A stretch of DNA of 64,000 nt from the IMG/VR virus record IMGVR_UViG_3300008107_000010; one strand, given 5' to 3'. Both the position numbers and the translations under genes were made by a program. Source of the stretch: a virus (Duplodnaviria; Heunggongvirae; Uroviricota; Caudoviricetes). The notes under the pieces are model-generated. The model was not told where the DNA came from, did not search any database, and saw only the letters and a list, made by a program, of their open reading frames with translations. Position 1 is the first letter of the stretch; every line of letters begins with the position of its first letter. This document shows, piece by piece, positions 47,701-57,160 of this stretch.

Positions 47701-48385
47701 CGACAATTTTAGTTACTTGCGCATTATCAATTGAAACAACATCAAAGTAACCAAAGTATTGAATAGATCTTACAGGCATATCGATAACCTGAGAATCTAA
47801 GAAATATTTATAGCCGTTATTAGTCAACTCAGTTTTAAAAGTTGAATAATCAATTTCACTATTATTTTTATATAAAGTATCAAATGCCGCTATTGAAGCA
47901 GCATCATCAGATTTAAATACGTATCTTTCAATATACGCTTGTTCTGTATTTGCAGGTATCTGACCACTTAGGTCAAATTTAACTTTTAGTAAAGGATTTA
48001 AAAAGTCTTCAAAAAATTCGTTTGGTCTAGCTTCAAAAACTGTTGGAGCAGAAATTGAAGTAATTGTAGGAGCGGGTCCTTTTAACTTGCTAGTAAAAAC
48101 TTTTCTAAAAGTACCATCTTTTAATCGCACATTTGACGATGCATCATTTGCACCGGTCAAACTCTCAACATTGTTACTTAATCTTTCTAATTCTCTTTTC
48201 AAATAACCAAACGATGGAACTTGTACTGTTTTAATATTTCCAGCACTAGGATCGAATAGATCAATCGTTACGGTTTCTTTATCCGTAGTAATAGCTTCAT
48301 TTGTTTTCTCAAATGTAGCAAGAGAATTGTTATACAATTCAATAAACTGTTCTAGAAGTTTTGATATCGAGTTATTTGCGCTCAT
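44723..48385 (-). CDS. Large structural protein with coiled-coil segments
   Basis: 1220 aa; two coiled-coil stretches and FN3-like segments (VQFKIRYRY, VEVMIKSVSEAG..SDWS). Confidence 0.55.
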   Translation of the reverse strand: MSANNSISKLLEQFIELYNNSLATFEKTNEAITTDKETVTIDLFDPSAGNIKTVQVPSFGYLKRELERLSNNVESLTGANDASSNVRLKDGTFRKVFTSKLKGPAPTITSISAPTVFEARPNEFFEDFLNPLLKVKFDLSGQIPANTEQAYIERYVFKSDDAASIAAFDTLYKNNSEIDYSTFKTELTNNGYKYFLDSQVIDMPVRSIQYFGYFDVVSIDNAQVTKIVDGVSQTKTARLFTLNKLTYSDSAKSLKETETLKVGDSVVINSGKFSTRYIVSSINTDTLQVELSLLEGFEPVRVGASQLSIYKDVDTDVALEISVSFDERQVLFVKSVDAESKVQAEVFSPGAGFYSNELTIQMQDGSTSTLADYYKKEVADFGQFIKSLKVDSIPPAAVGIVPDKPSLDTNNFKVVQINKHLTDNDATNKIIKLKAEKATVEQNIKKLDGSIGSSRSLVNTKKYASKVEADKDKTQLNSLLASRKAESDAYSSIVSEISTLAASSNLTNVSPKYRIRGFWSIPEPKSVNDSIPQEVVQFKIRYRYLSTNGSTSQIEQIAFQDGTTAKTAAFSNWVEVPGPVRKRLKDETTGKYYWKVENEEDSQEINFNSLDIAIQPGEVVEVMIKSVSEAGFPSTPIESDWSDIAKIEFPEGEIPVENLSDIVNENGLESIRVRINDDLNASGVYSHVSDSFNSNEKYYAHTAQTIASGFLTAEQNPVSVFEKLQEMQSEIERLRAKIDGTLGELQVYIEDEDGNITNVANNTTVKLFAGYYSDEVNALSGTKKGAIITKIFKLKLANSKATTLELVSRLVGDFETPAHVSTTNTEFGLGTGTIDSKIASDTYYTNEGRYDWVPIQYQNTPSTNSSTPWYGQIPFQSSQMKGQYVYSRYKNIANDDELYSSSVIDASAFDGSGIDDYEYGLTYTINYGAGNTPTINNNRNYNNSTNAPFATTTNANDFIWAGSYTSLTPNTTALDAGVNTPTSSQYDNGIFLHKSHPLINQTVLANVMSITDLQSAGVIGMPKTATRRVNMDSGLKQSPYRVAEWTNNAGTVVKRSLKMSFDTNDVYLLGGRTCGSFLFLAPLEKNSLLVDAKNKFGKSRVESGSSKSLSIDMIFQYRMTDYYGDANSTGRVGGIITNTLTNLTYSKKIGIDVVDAEKNEFQFDVEVYAKYKAEGSSVTNITKSMLTNFNSGGAGGGSYKRWLLRDDLSQPSEYTFYIQQ

Positions 48386-48386
48386 T

Positions 48387-50342
48387 TTATCTTAAGATGT
48401 CAATTTCAAATGACTTATTTGTTTCATCAACACAGATAAGTTCAATGTATGGTTTATTACTAATTAGATCAGATTCATATACTTGACCGATTACTTTCCA
48501 ACCATTAACACCGTTTTTATCAGTGATGAATTTAATTTTTTGACCAGCTAAAAGTAAGTTAGTTTTAAAGTTAAACTTTAATACTTGACCAACTTTCCAC
48601 TTTGTGATAGAATCATCTATGTATATATTAAGATCTGAAGTTAGAGTGCTGGTATTATCAACCCATAAATTAATACGGTTTGTATAATTTTTATACCTTA
48701 ACCAGATTGCAGTTGACGAAGCTTGAGAAGCGATAAACTTATTGGTTAATTGTATTTTTGAACCAACCGACCAGTTTGCGCTTGAAGCATTACTTATATC
48801 AAAATTATAGGCATCGATCAATTCGTAACCATGTACCTTATTTTTAATAGTAATAAATCCAGGAACTGATTTATCAAGTTCAGTACCTACGCCCTGTTTA
48901 ATAACATCTATATTGTATTGAACTTCGCTAGGAACCGTTCCATCTAATAATTGATTAATTCTCTTATTTGTGCTTTGAATTAATTGCAATAAAGAAGAAG
49001 AGTTCGAATAGTTTAGTTTAGCATCTTCAATTGCAGTTTCAAGATTTTGAATTTTATTTGCAAAATCCCCAACTTGAGTTGATGTTAGTAGTAAATTTTC
49101 TAATTCAACAACCTTAGCAGCAATTGTATCGTATCTGTTACTTGCAGATAAAAGTAGTTTCGTAGCTTGATCTAAAGCAGCTGTAGTATCTAAGAAAATA
49201 TCCATTGAGAATGTTGAAAAACTATCAATATTCTTTTCAACACCAACATTATCAAGAGATGAATTAAACTTAACGTTTAATTTTAAAGCAAATGAATTAC
49301 CATTTAAACCGGTAACATCATTTGGTTTGTATTTTGTTAAAGAAGGAATATACCAACCATTTTGGTTTGGATCCTCTTTAAAATTATCAAGAATCAAAAC
49401 ACCATATAAGTTAGTTGACTTATTGGCCGTTGTTGACTTTGAGTAAATATCATAATAAACTAAGATAGCATTAAAACTAAAATCACCACCTAATTTAGCA
49501 TAATCAAATAAAGAATTTAATTCAGGATTACCAATAACTTTAGCATATTTAGCAGCATCAAATTCAATACCAAATGATGGCTCAACATTTGGATCAAAAT
49601 TAATTTCGCCTTGATTTGAATCTGCTAATGCTTCAACATTTAAATTAGCATCTGGATGATTTTGGCCAGCTCTACCTTCTATATAAGTACCGGGATTGTA
49701 TATTACAGAAGTTGTATTCCATACTCCAGATTTAAATAAAATTTCTGGTGTATAACCAACTACCGAAGGAACATTGATGAAAACTTCATTATAAGTATTT
49801 CCTTGATAGTTTTTATCATTAGAAACATCGATGTTCCCAATATATTTTATAACTTTTGAATATTCAGTTCCTATTCCAGTAGATTCATCATGCTCTAGAA
49901 ATCTAGAATAGCCAGAAGAAACTTCTTGTGAAGTTCCAGCTTGCCATCTAATACCGCCAATTTCATATAACCATTTAAAGAATATTTGCTCAGCATCAGA
50001 TTTAAAAATAGTAGGATCAAAATCATCGTCTGTTAAAATTAATTGCTCAAAGTTTAAAGCGTAATTTTGAAAAGTTTGAGCAAAGTGAACGTTTGCATTG
50101 TCAACTGATGTGTCATCATATCCCGCACCGGAAGCATCAAATAGATTACCAAACTGTACATAATTGTTGGTAGATCCTAATGCTGGAGTTGCAACTTGAG
50201 GTAATTGAGCCAGTGCAAACTTTGAAAACTCAAAATTAATGTCCGGGTTATAATACGCTCTAGTTAAATCTCTAGCAGCAGATGCAAAGGCATATAATGT
50301 GCCTCCTTGTTCTTGCGGTATTCTTACTAATGGTGTAGCCAT
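48387..50342 (-). CDS. Structural protein, unknown function
   Basis: 651 aa with a central coiled coil; tail module context. Confidence 0.55.
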   Translation of the reverse strand: MATPLVRIPQEQGGTLYAFASAARDLTRAYYNPDINFEFSKFALAQLPQVATPALGSTNNYVQFGNLFDASGAGYDDTSVDNANVHFAQTFQNYALNFEQLILTDDDFDPTIFKSDAEQIFFKWLYEIGGIRWQAGTSQEVSSGYSRFLEHDESTGIGTEYSKVIKYIGNIDVSNDKNYQGNTYNEVFINVPSVVGYTPEILFKSGVWNTTSVIYNPGTYIEGRAGQNHPDANLNVEALADSNQGEINFDPNVEPSFGIEFDAAKYAKVIGNPELNSLFDYAKLGGDFSFNAILVYYDIYSKSTTANKSTNLYGVLILDNFKEDPNQNGWYIPSLTKYKPNDVTGLNGNSFALKLNVKFNSSLDNVGVEKNIDSFSTFSMDIFLDTTAALDQATKLLLSASNRYDTIAAKVVELENLLLTSTQVGDFANKIQNLETAIEDAKLNYSNSSSLLQLIQSTNKRINQLLDGTVPSEVQYNIDVIKQGVGTELDKSVPGFITIKNKVHGYELIDAYNFDISNASSANWSVGSKIQLTNKFIASQASSTAIWLRYKNYTNRINLWVDNTSTLTSDLNIYIDDSITKWKVGQVLKFNFKTNLLLAGQKIKFITDKNGVNGWKVIGQVYESDLISNKPYIELICVDETNKSFEIDILR

Positions 50343-50360
50343 TTAGATTATATTGTTTTA

Positions 50361-50921
50361 TTAGAATGTTACGCCGTATGAAGAGATAACATACCATTTA
50401 GTCCCTACATAACGTAACGTTAAAGTACCTTTATTACCAATTGAAATCGAAGAAGGACCAGAAACGTTGGTTACCGCGATTGCAATTGAACCACCATCAG
50501 CAATTAGAGTAATTTGTTGACCGTTTGCACCAGCATTTAATACTAATGGAACCGTAACTCCCGAAGAGCTAATTGTCGCAACGTCAAGAACATAAGTTGA
50601 AGACGCAAAGTTACCCGCTGTCGGCAGAGTTGTTACACCAGTAGTAACAGAGAAAATCATATCTTGCGCTACAGTAAGTGTTTCATTAATAGTTGTAGGA
50701 ACTGTTGCAGTAATGCTTGAAGGCCCAGCTATTAATTTACCATTTGCAATATTTAGAGATCCGAATTTTGCTAAACCTGATAATTCAATAGTTTCATTAA
50801 GAATGTCAAGTAATGCAGCGATATCCGCAAGCTCTTGGTTAATTGCAGCAAAATTATCATTTAGAGTTACTCTTGATGACGATACGCTGTCCGTACCTAG
50901 AATTTGTGTGATGTTTGCCAT
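50361..50921 (-). CDS. Short fibre/baseplate-associated protein
   Basis: SRVTLNDNFAAIN N-terminus of the type seen in fibre-like proteins; beta-rich C-half. Confidence 0.5.
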   Translation of the reverse strand: MANITQILGTDSVSSSRVTLNDNFAAINQELADIAALLDILNETIELSGLAKFGSLNIANGKLIAGPSSITATVPTTINETLTVAQDMIFSVTTGVTTLPTAGNFASSTYVLDVATISSSGVTVPLVLNAGANGQQITLIADGGSIAIAVTNVSGPSSISIGNKGTLTLRYVGTKWYVISSYGVTF

Positions 50922-50978
50922 TTTAGTTTATTTTTATGTTTTTATGTATCATCAGTCTATATATCAGTATAACCGAGG

Positions 50979-53831
50979 TTAGGCCTCGGTATATTGGTAG
51001 TTAGGTCTTTTTTTCGGTCTAGCCTTTTGAGGAACTGTAACAGAAACCATATTTCTAGAAACTGTGTTAGTGTTTCCATTGCAATCGGTTAAGGTTAATT
51101 CAATAGTATAATCTCCTCTTTTTGTAAAAAGATAGGTTAACCATTGTTCATCATAGTATATATTTTCGCCAGTATTATTGTTCGTAATTTTCCATTCTTG
51201 GTCAATTATACCGGGCATATTAGTTTTATCATAAGAAAACGTAACATGTTGCAGCAATGATATGTTTGCATGGTCATTGAATAGAATGATATCGTTATAT
51301 TTAGGATTGTAAGATTTATAGTTTATTTTTCCTAAAACCGATCCATTATTTGGATTTGAAAAGTTAACATTAACAAAATCATACGATGAAGAATATTCTT
51401 TACCCACTGCCAATATAAAATAACAAGCATCTTCAGTTCCATTGTTATCTGCATCAACTAAAACTGCGTTATATGTAAATTTACTTAAACCCGGATGTTG
51501 TACCGGATCTAAAGCATTTAATTCATTTTGAATATTAATATATGCTTGAAGACTAGAATTATTAACAGGATATGTTGATTGAATTGTATAAGAATCTACA
51601 ACATTTTGACCATTATAATTTCTATAAGTTAGATTTAAAGTTCCACCACTAAGATAAGGCCCACCAGCCTGATCTATTTCAAGTTTAAAAGAAGCAGTCA
51701 AATCAGGTCCTACTCTAGTCGAATCCCATGTAATTCCATATCCATCATCCCATGTTGCCTGCTTTAAATTACTCCAAAAGAATGGACCAGTTGTTTCTGA
51801 AAATCCAGTAGAAGAATTAGCATCTACATATCTTGAAACTGTTGAGAAGTTAACTCCTTTTGAAGTATCATGCGGATAATTAGCTCTATCTAAAGTTAAA
51901 TACCAGCTTGCAACCATTTCATCCATGATATTATAACTATTCTGTGGTTGTTCAAAATAACCGCCAGAAAGATCCCATGTTGAGTCATCTAGATTCCATT
52001 GATCTAATTCAGGTTTAAATGAATAAAAACCGTATACCTCAACGGCTTTATTATAAACTTTAATATCATTTTTTCTACGATATGATCTGGCATTATATAA
52101 GTCATATAAACTTAAAACAACTTCATAATTTCCAGCTTTTGGTAAAACCAACAATAAATTTTTGTTATTATCGATTGTGTCTCTTAATCTAAATTCATAA
52201 CCATTTGGTCCTGTAATATACCATTCTGCTTCGTATACATCTTTTTTCCATAAGGTATTCCATGTGTATAGTGTTGAAGCAATTTGAGTATAATCATTTG
52301 CAGCTGAATCAACATCATTCCACGTGAAATCACAACTATTCCAACTATCGGTTAAAGAAGTACATTCTAAAATAATAGGACATCCAATTGGAACCGGACT
52401 TAATGTTGTAAATGTGTTTAATTCTTGATTATAATAATTAGTATAAAAATCTTTGACCTTTTGTATCTCAGTCGCCTCATTTGCGATTGGCCATATATTA
52501 TTAAATCCACCGTTTTGAACGGTATTTGCAATAACTTGGCTAACTAATCTTAAATCTTCAATATAAAGTCTGCTTCTATTTGGAACTATTTGAAAATCAA
52601 CTTCGGTTCCAGAACTTTGAACTTGTATAACCTGTTGGTCGTTCCATACGTTTTGTGTAAATTGCGTAAAGAAATCGCCTTCACCGGTAATATCAACAAT
52701 TTTTGCCTGTAATGGCAGATAATCTTTTTGTAGCCTTCTTTTAAGACCATATAATTTAATAAGAATTTCTTCAGGTGTAAAGTCAAAAGACTCTTTAACT
52801 GTTGGAATATCCCACTCATCAACATTACCATTTGGTTCATTAATTTTATAAACCAATGAGAATCTAGATGTTTTCTTAAGATTTGAATTTGGTAATTCAA
52901 CAGAACTATTTTTTGTAGCTAAATAACCAGCCTTGCCGGTATCTGGGACTGCAATTGCAGTTAGTTTACCAAAGTTTTCAGCCTGTTCATTAATATTAAG
53001 CCAATATTCTTTTAATTTAACATTGTCATATCCAAAAAACTTAATAGCGTTAACAATCGCCTTGTAAGTTCCAACAAATGGTTTAATATTATGAGCCTCA
53101 AGAAGTAATTCTTTTCTCTTTTGATTTAATAACTGATAGTCAACTTTAAATTCATTAACATCACTAGTTTTAAAAATCAAAAAGTCTTCTTCATTAAGTG
53201 ACATTCCTAAATTAGATAAAAGAGTAACTAATCTTTCATCTTCACCGACAGTTTCCCCATATATTTTAATCGATGCGATCTGATGAGTTTTATTACCATT
53301 ATTATCATACTCATAAATATTTAAAAGCTTGATATGGATTTTTTCTTCATCAGATTTTAAAGCTAATTTACAATGAACAGCTTCATTTGAAACTAAATTG
53401 TTTATTGTTTTAAATTCACCGCCCTGATTAGATTGTCCGACTGTTGTGTTATAGTTTTGATAAGCCCATAAACCCATTGAAGTTGAAGAGCTTAAGATAT
53501 TTTCAACTTGGGTAATGGTCTCTTCAATTTGATAATAACCATTGTTTGAAACTACATTGTAAATGAACACATCACCCTGGTAGTCCTCATTATCCTCTAT
53601 TTCAAATAGAAATTTAGTTGAAGATCCTTCTGCGATTGGGCGAACATATTCAAATCCACCTAAATTCTTATGTACTTCTTCAAGAATAAAAAGATTTATT
53701 GTTTCATATAGACCCACAGAAACCTTTGGAACGAAAATAATTCCATCCCATAATTCGGCATCAGCGTCATAATTGAAGTTAAGTTCTCCAGAAGTGCCAT
53801 TAAAAAATCTAAGATTTGCGTATTTAGACAT
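50979..53831 (-). CDS. Baseplate wedge-like protein with C-terminal PKD/Ig-like domain
   Basis: KPFVGTYKAIVNAIKFFG wedge-type motif; YLFTKRGDYTIELTLTD.NGN PKD motif. Confidence 0.6.
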   Translation of the reverse strand: MSKYANLRFFNGTSGELNFNYDADAELWDGIIFVPKVSVGLYETINLFILEEVHKNLGGFEYVRPIAEGSSTKFLFEIEDNEDYQGDVFIYNVVSNNGYYQIEETITQVENILSSSTSMGLWAYQNYNTTVGQSNQGGEFKTINNLVSNEAVHCKLALKSDEEKIHIKLLNIYEYDNNGNKTHQIASIKIYGETVGEDERLVTLLSNLGMSLNEEDFLIFKTSDVNEFKVDYQLLNQKRKELLLEAHNIKPFVGTYKAIVNAIKFFGYDNVKLKEYWLNINEQAENFGKLTAIAVPDTGKAGYLATKNSSVELPNSNLKKTSRFSLVYKINEPNGNVDEWDIPTVKESFDFTPEEILIKLYGLKRRLQKDYLPLQAKIVDITGEGDFFTQFTQNVWNDQQVIQVQSSGTEVDFQIVPNRSRLYIEDLRLVSQVIANTVQNGGFNNIWPIANEATEIQKVKDFYTNYYNQELNTFTTLSPVPIGCPIILECTSLTDSWNSCDFTWNDVDSAANDYTQIASTLYTWNTLWKKDVYEAEWYITGPNGYEFRLRDTIDNNKNLLLVLPKAGNYEVVLSLYDLYNARSYRRKNDIKVYNKAVEVYGFYSFKPELDQWNLDDSTWDLSGGYFEQPQNSYNIMDEMVASWYLTLDRANYPHDTSKGVNFSTVSRYVDANSSTGFSETTGPFFWSNLKQATWDDGYGITWDSTRVGPDLTASFKLEIDQAGGPYLSGGTLNLTYRNYNGQNVVDSYTIQSTYPVNNSSLQAYINIQNELNALDPVQHPGLSKFTYNAVLVDADNNGTEDACYFILAVGKEYSSSYDFVNVNFSNPNNGSVLGKINYKSYNPKYNDIILFNDHANISLLQHVTFSYDKTNMPGIIDQEWKITNNNTGENIYYDEQWLTYLFTKRGDYTIELTLTDCNGNTNTVSRNMVSVTVPQKARPKKRPNYQYTEA

Positions 53832-54113
53832 TTATCGTACTTTAGTATAGTTTTTAGGAACTGTAAAGTCCTTATAGATTTTTAAATGCGTTGCAGCATC
53901 AATATATTTAACAAGGACATCCTGTATTAAAATAATAAAATCACTTAAGTATGCGTTTCTTAAAAGAGCATTTGAAAGTGATTTAGTCAAAACTGAATTT
54001 CTAAAATTATGACCTAGATTTTTTCGATCATCCGCCAATTGATTCTGAAAATCATATAAACTTTCATAACCAGCCGAGAATAATCCATCAAATAAATTTT
54101 GATTTTCAGCCAT
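53832..54113 (-). CDS. Small baseplate-associated protein
   Basis: 93 aa, tightly coupled between baseplate genes. Confidence 0.55.
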   Translation of the reverse strand: MAENQNLFDGLFSAGYESLYDFQNQLADDRKNLGHNFRNSVLTKSLSNALLRNAYLSDFIILIQDVLVKYIDAATHLKIYKDFTVPKNYTKVR

Positions 54114-55930
54114 TAGATTTTCTTTCTATTTTGTGTTTGAATCATTGAATAGATTGTGCTTGAAACAGCAGGCTCATCAAAATATACCGATAAAGCAGCC
54201 ATTTCTCCAGCCTTAGCATCGTCCGATACCATGACATTATCTCGATCGTACCAACCTCCTCTGAAAATTGCAACCTCTTCTTTACCAAGAATAATATCAC
54301 CAAATGAATCTAGTCCTATTACACTTTCTGGTAATGCCGCACCTGGTTCGAAATTAACTTGAGTTTCAGTTACAGTCTTTTTAAAGAATACAAATTTCTG
54401 TTTACCATTACCAATTGTTTCCAAAGTAGGAGTTGAAGGAGTTACTGTTACAGTTTTTGAAATATAATAACCATTCTTTCTTGCAGTTTCTTCAGTTTCA
54501 GATACAAATCTAATGTTAACAGAATCGATACCGTCGATAGCTTCAATTACGGCAATTAAATCTGATTTTGGTAAACGATCTCTCCTAGTAATATTCATTA
54601 AATATTCTGATACCTTTGATCGAACTTCAGTATATAAATTTTGTTTAGAATATCCTTCAAAGTATCTAACTTTAATGTCCATTCTATAATATTTAGCAAT
54701 TGGATCTACTATTTTTACTTCAGTTGTAACCATTTGCTGTCCAGAGTTTTCTAAAACTCCTAATATTCCGTTTTTCTCATCAGTTGAAAAGAAGAATTCA
54801 TTAATATCTAAGCTAAAATAATCTTTATTTTTAGCTAACTTCTTTTTAATGTTCGGCAACATAAATAAATAGATAACATTATCATCATCAATATATCCAT
54901 CATCAGTTGTATTATAGGCATCAAGGTATGAAAATAATCCGTATCTTGATAAGAAATATTCATAATTTTCAGGTGTTGCTAGAACAAACGATTTTGATGC
55001 GAGCGGAGCAATCATTTTAGTCATTTTTAAATCTTCAGGATCTGAAGCCATTTTAGGAGCCTGCAAGCATTCTAATTCTAATATCTTATTTAAATCATAA
55101 GTTGTACCCATAGAATCAGCACCTTCGGTAATAAATTTAAACGTAATATCTTTAGCATCATTTAAATTACCAGCTGCACCAGCATGAATAATATACTCAA
55201 CCATTATTGAGCTTCCTTGTTCTGGAATCATACCAAAACTATCATTTCCAAAGTAAATATCTAATCCACCACTAATTCCAGTTTTAATTAAATAACCCTT
55301 GGTTGTTGGTAACATATCGTAAATGCTATCATATTTAGTCCAAAGCTCTCCATTTACCGAAACTCTAGTGTTAAAATGATCAGTATATCCTTTAACAGCA
55401 ATGTTAAAAGACTGTAAAGGTTCTCCAGTTCCAGTTAAGGTTTGTGATTCGTGAGAACCTTGAATTACTGGAATTGTAATGTATGCATAGTTAGATTTTT
55501 CTAATCTAAATTGATCTGTATTAGTTCTTAAAAGATATTCTAATCCATTTGAATTAGATTTAATAATTGCGTTTGATGGAATATTAATACCGTCACCGGC
55601 AATTTCACTAGTCGAAGAAGTATTAAGTCTAACTCTAATTTCACCAATTGCAGCTGTTCCTCTAAAAGCATCATGCCCTGCAATTCTTGCAAGGCCATAA
55701 ACTGATTCCGGTTGTTGAGCTGTTAAAATGTTTTGCTCAACTGTCGCATCTTCAATGTAGAAGAAAATAAGTTCTGATATTTCAGTTATTACTTTAATAA
55801 TTTGAAAAAACGGAGAAGCAGGTGTAAATACCTCATTTATTCTTCCATATAAACGAGACATATAAATCTTAGTGTCTGCTAAGAGTTGATTTGCCTGAAT
55901 TCTAGTTTTTTGTAAAAATGTCATTGCCAT
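54113..55930 (-). CDS. Baseplate wedge protein (gp6/baseplate J-like)
   Basis: ATVEQNILTAQQPESV..LA, IYFGNDSFGMIP, V.YI...G..GN, VLATPENYEY; located next to gp25. Confidence 0.8.
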   Translation of the reverse strand: MAMTFLQKTRIQANQLLADTKIYMSRLYGRINEVFTPASPFFQIIKVITEISELIFFYIEDATVEQNILTAQQPESVYGLARIAGHDAFRGTAAIGEIRVRLNTSSTSEIAGDGINIPSNAIIKSNSNGLEYLLRTNTDQFRLEKSNYAYITIPVIQGSHESQTLTGTGEPLQSFNIAVKGYTDHFNTRVSVNGELWTKYDSIYDMLPTTKGYLIKTGISGGLDIYFGNDSFGMIPEQGSSIMVEYIIHAGAAGNLNDAKDITFKFITEGADSMGTTYDLNKILELECLQAPKMASDPEDLKMTKMIAPLASKSFVLATPENYEYFLSRYGLFSYLDAYNTTDDGYIDDDNVIYLFMLPNIKKKLAKNKDYFSLDINEFFFSTDEKNGILGVLENSGQQMVTTEVKIVDPIAKYYRMDIKVRYFEGYSKQNLYTEVRSKVSEYLMNITRRDRLPKSDLIAVIEAIDGIDSVNIRFVSETEETARKNGYYISKTVTVTPSTPTLETIGNGKQKFVFFKKTVTETQVNFEPGAALPESVIGLDSFGDIILGKEEVAIFRGGWYDRDNVMVSDDAKAGEMAALSVYFDEPAVSSTIYSMIQTQNRKKI

Positions 55931-55937
55931 CTTAATA

Positions 55938-55945
55938 TATTTATA
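55938..55945 (-). promoter_or_regulatory. T4-type late promoter TATAAATA (exact match)
   Basis: Exact T4 late consensus 7 nt before the gp6-like ATG; at least 13 related RATAWATA copies precede other genes. Confidence 0.6.
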
Positions 55946-56300
55946 TTACAACCTGTACCGTTTCTTGGCCGCCATCAATATTGATATTAATAAAAATAGC
56001 ATCTCTGTCCGGAGAAGAAGTATCAAATTCAACATCAACAGTAACATTCATTTCTTGAGCAAGAGGAACATATCTAAATAATTGTTCTTCGATCTCATTC
56101 TTAATTTGAGTGTCATTGTAGCTAAATGAATATACTAAATCTTCTAAATTACAACCAAGACCAGGCTCACCCATTATCTCTCCTCTTCTCGTAAATAATA
56201 TCACATCAAGATGGGCCAACAAAGTTGCAATTCTAGTATCTGATTGAACTTTGTTTGGATCATAGTTTGGATCGCCATTTGTCTTAATATACAATTCCAT
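55941..56300 (-). CDS. gp25-like baseplate wedge protein
   Basis: ILFTRRGEIMGEPGLGCNLEDLVY; IEEQLFRYVP. Confidence 0.85.
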   Translation of the reverse strand: MELYIKTNGDPNYDPNKVQSDTRIATLLAHLDVILFTRRGEIMGEPGLGCNLEDLVYSFSYNDTQIKNEIEEQLFRYVPLAQEMNVTVDVEFDTSSPDRDAIFININIDGGQETVQVVI

Positions 56301-56319
56301 TTAGTATCTATCAATATTT

Positions 56320-57153
56320 TTATGAATGCATCATCCAATCAGTTCCTTCGTCCGATTTGATTTCTTCTATAACTGCTTCTAATTCACTTTCTCCAAGAGA
56401 CTGAATAGTATCAGCATTAATTGAAATATTACCAGGGAGATTAAACCCAAAAATACTCATTTTATTTCCTAATGCAATTTTAATTTTTGCAGCACAATAT
56501 CTAAAGAATGCTTCATCTTCAAAAAGAGCGCATTGTGGAATTGTTTCATAAATTTCCAATACAACATCTTTCTTAGGAACCTCTCCTGTGAAACGAATCT
56601 CATGTGTTAATTGATTATAGTGGAAACTAATTGGATTATCTACAATTTGTCTAACCATATCAAAATACATTTCATTGATAACATAATATTGTAGATTTTC
56701 GGCACCTGCCACAGTTCCTGTACCACCATATAAACCTCCGTATAACATTCTTTCAATTGCAAAGTCTCCAGTTGTAAAAGTTACTGAAGTTCCTGCTCCA
56801 TATCTTGAACCTACCGGCCAAACACCAAATACCGAATAAACCTCTCCTCCACCTGAGGTTAAATCCTCTTTAGGTAAAGTAAAAGATCTTGTTCTTTTAA
56901 AATATTCAGTTTCAAACATTTCTTTTGGAATACCAATAAAGCTTTCTTTCATTGAATACTCATAGTTTTTATGAAACCATTTTTTAGCTCTTTGTATAAT
57001 ATTCTGAACTTCCTTTTTTGGAAGATTCATTGGAATCATACAAGATCCAGTAATATCATCAGCAAGTTGGTTTACAAAGTCATTATAACAAGTATTAGCC
57101 CATGATGGTGGGGTTGTTAAATTACCTTCGGTACCTTCATAAATATCGCTCAT
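56320..57153 (-). CDS. Neck protein (gp13-like)
   Basis: IIQRAKKWFHKNYEYS; FFRYCAAKIKIALG.K...F..NLPGNISINAD.I...G..EL..V.EEI. Confidence 0.75.
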   Translation of the reverse strand: MSDIYEGTEGNLTTPPSWANTCYNDFVNQLADDITGSCMIPMNLPKKEVQNIIQRAKKWFHKNYEYSMKESFIGIPKEMFETEYFKRTRSFTLPKEDLTSGGGEVYSVFGVWPVGSRYGAGTSVTFTTGDFAIERMLYGGLYGGTGTVAGAENLQYYVINEMYFDMVRQIVDNPISFHYNQLTHEIRFTGEVPKKDVVLEIYETIPQCALFEDEAFFRYCAAKIKIALGNKMSIFGFNLPGNISINADTIQSLGESELEAVIEEIKSDEGTDWMMHS

Positions 57154-57160
57154 ACCTTAA

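Noticed and set aside
50972-50990. Hairpin ACCGAGG-N5-CCTCGGT over the stop of the 950-aa gene as a terminator
   Set aside because: A good 7-bp stem, but no U-tract follows on the coding strand; function uncertain, so not called.
17029-52900. Alternative-frame minus-strand ORFs nested in larger genes (17029-17295, 25330-25785, 29699-29920, 44256-44555, 52586-52900)
   Set aside because: Out-of-frame overlaps with no motifs; length is within chance expectation.
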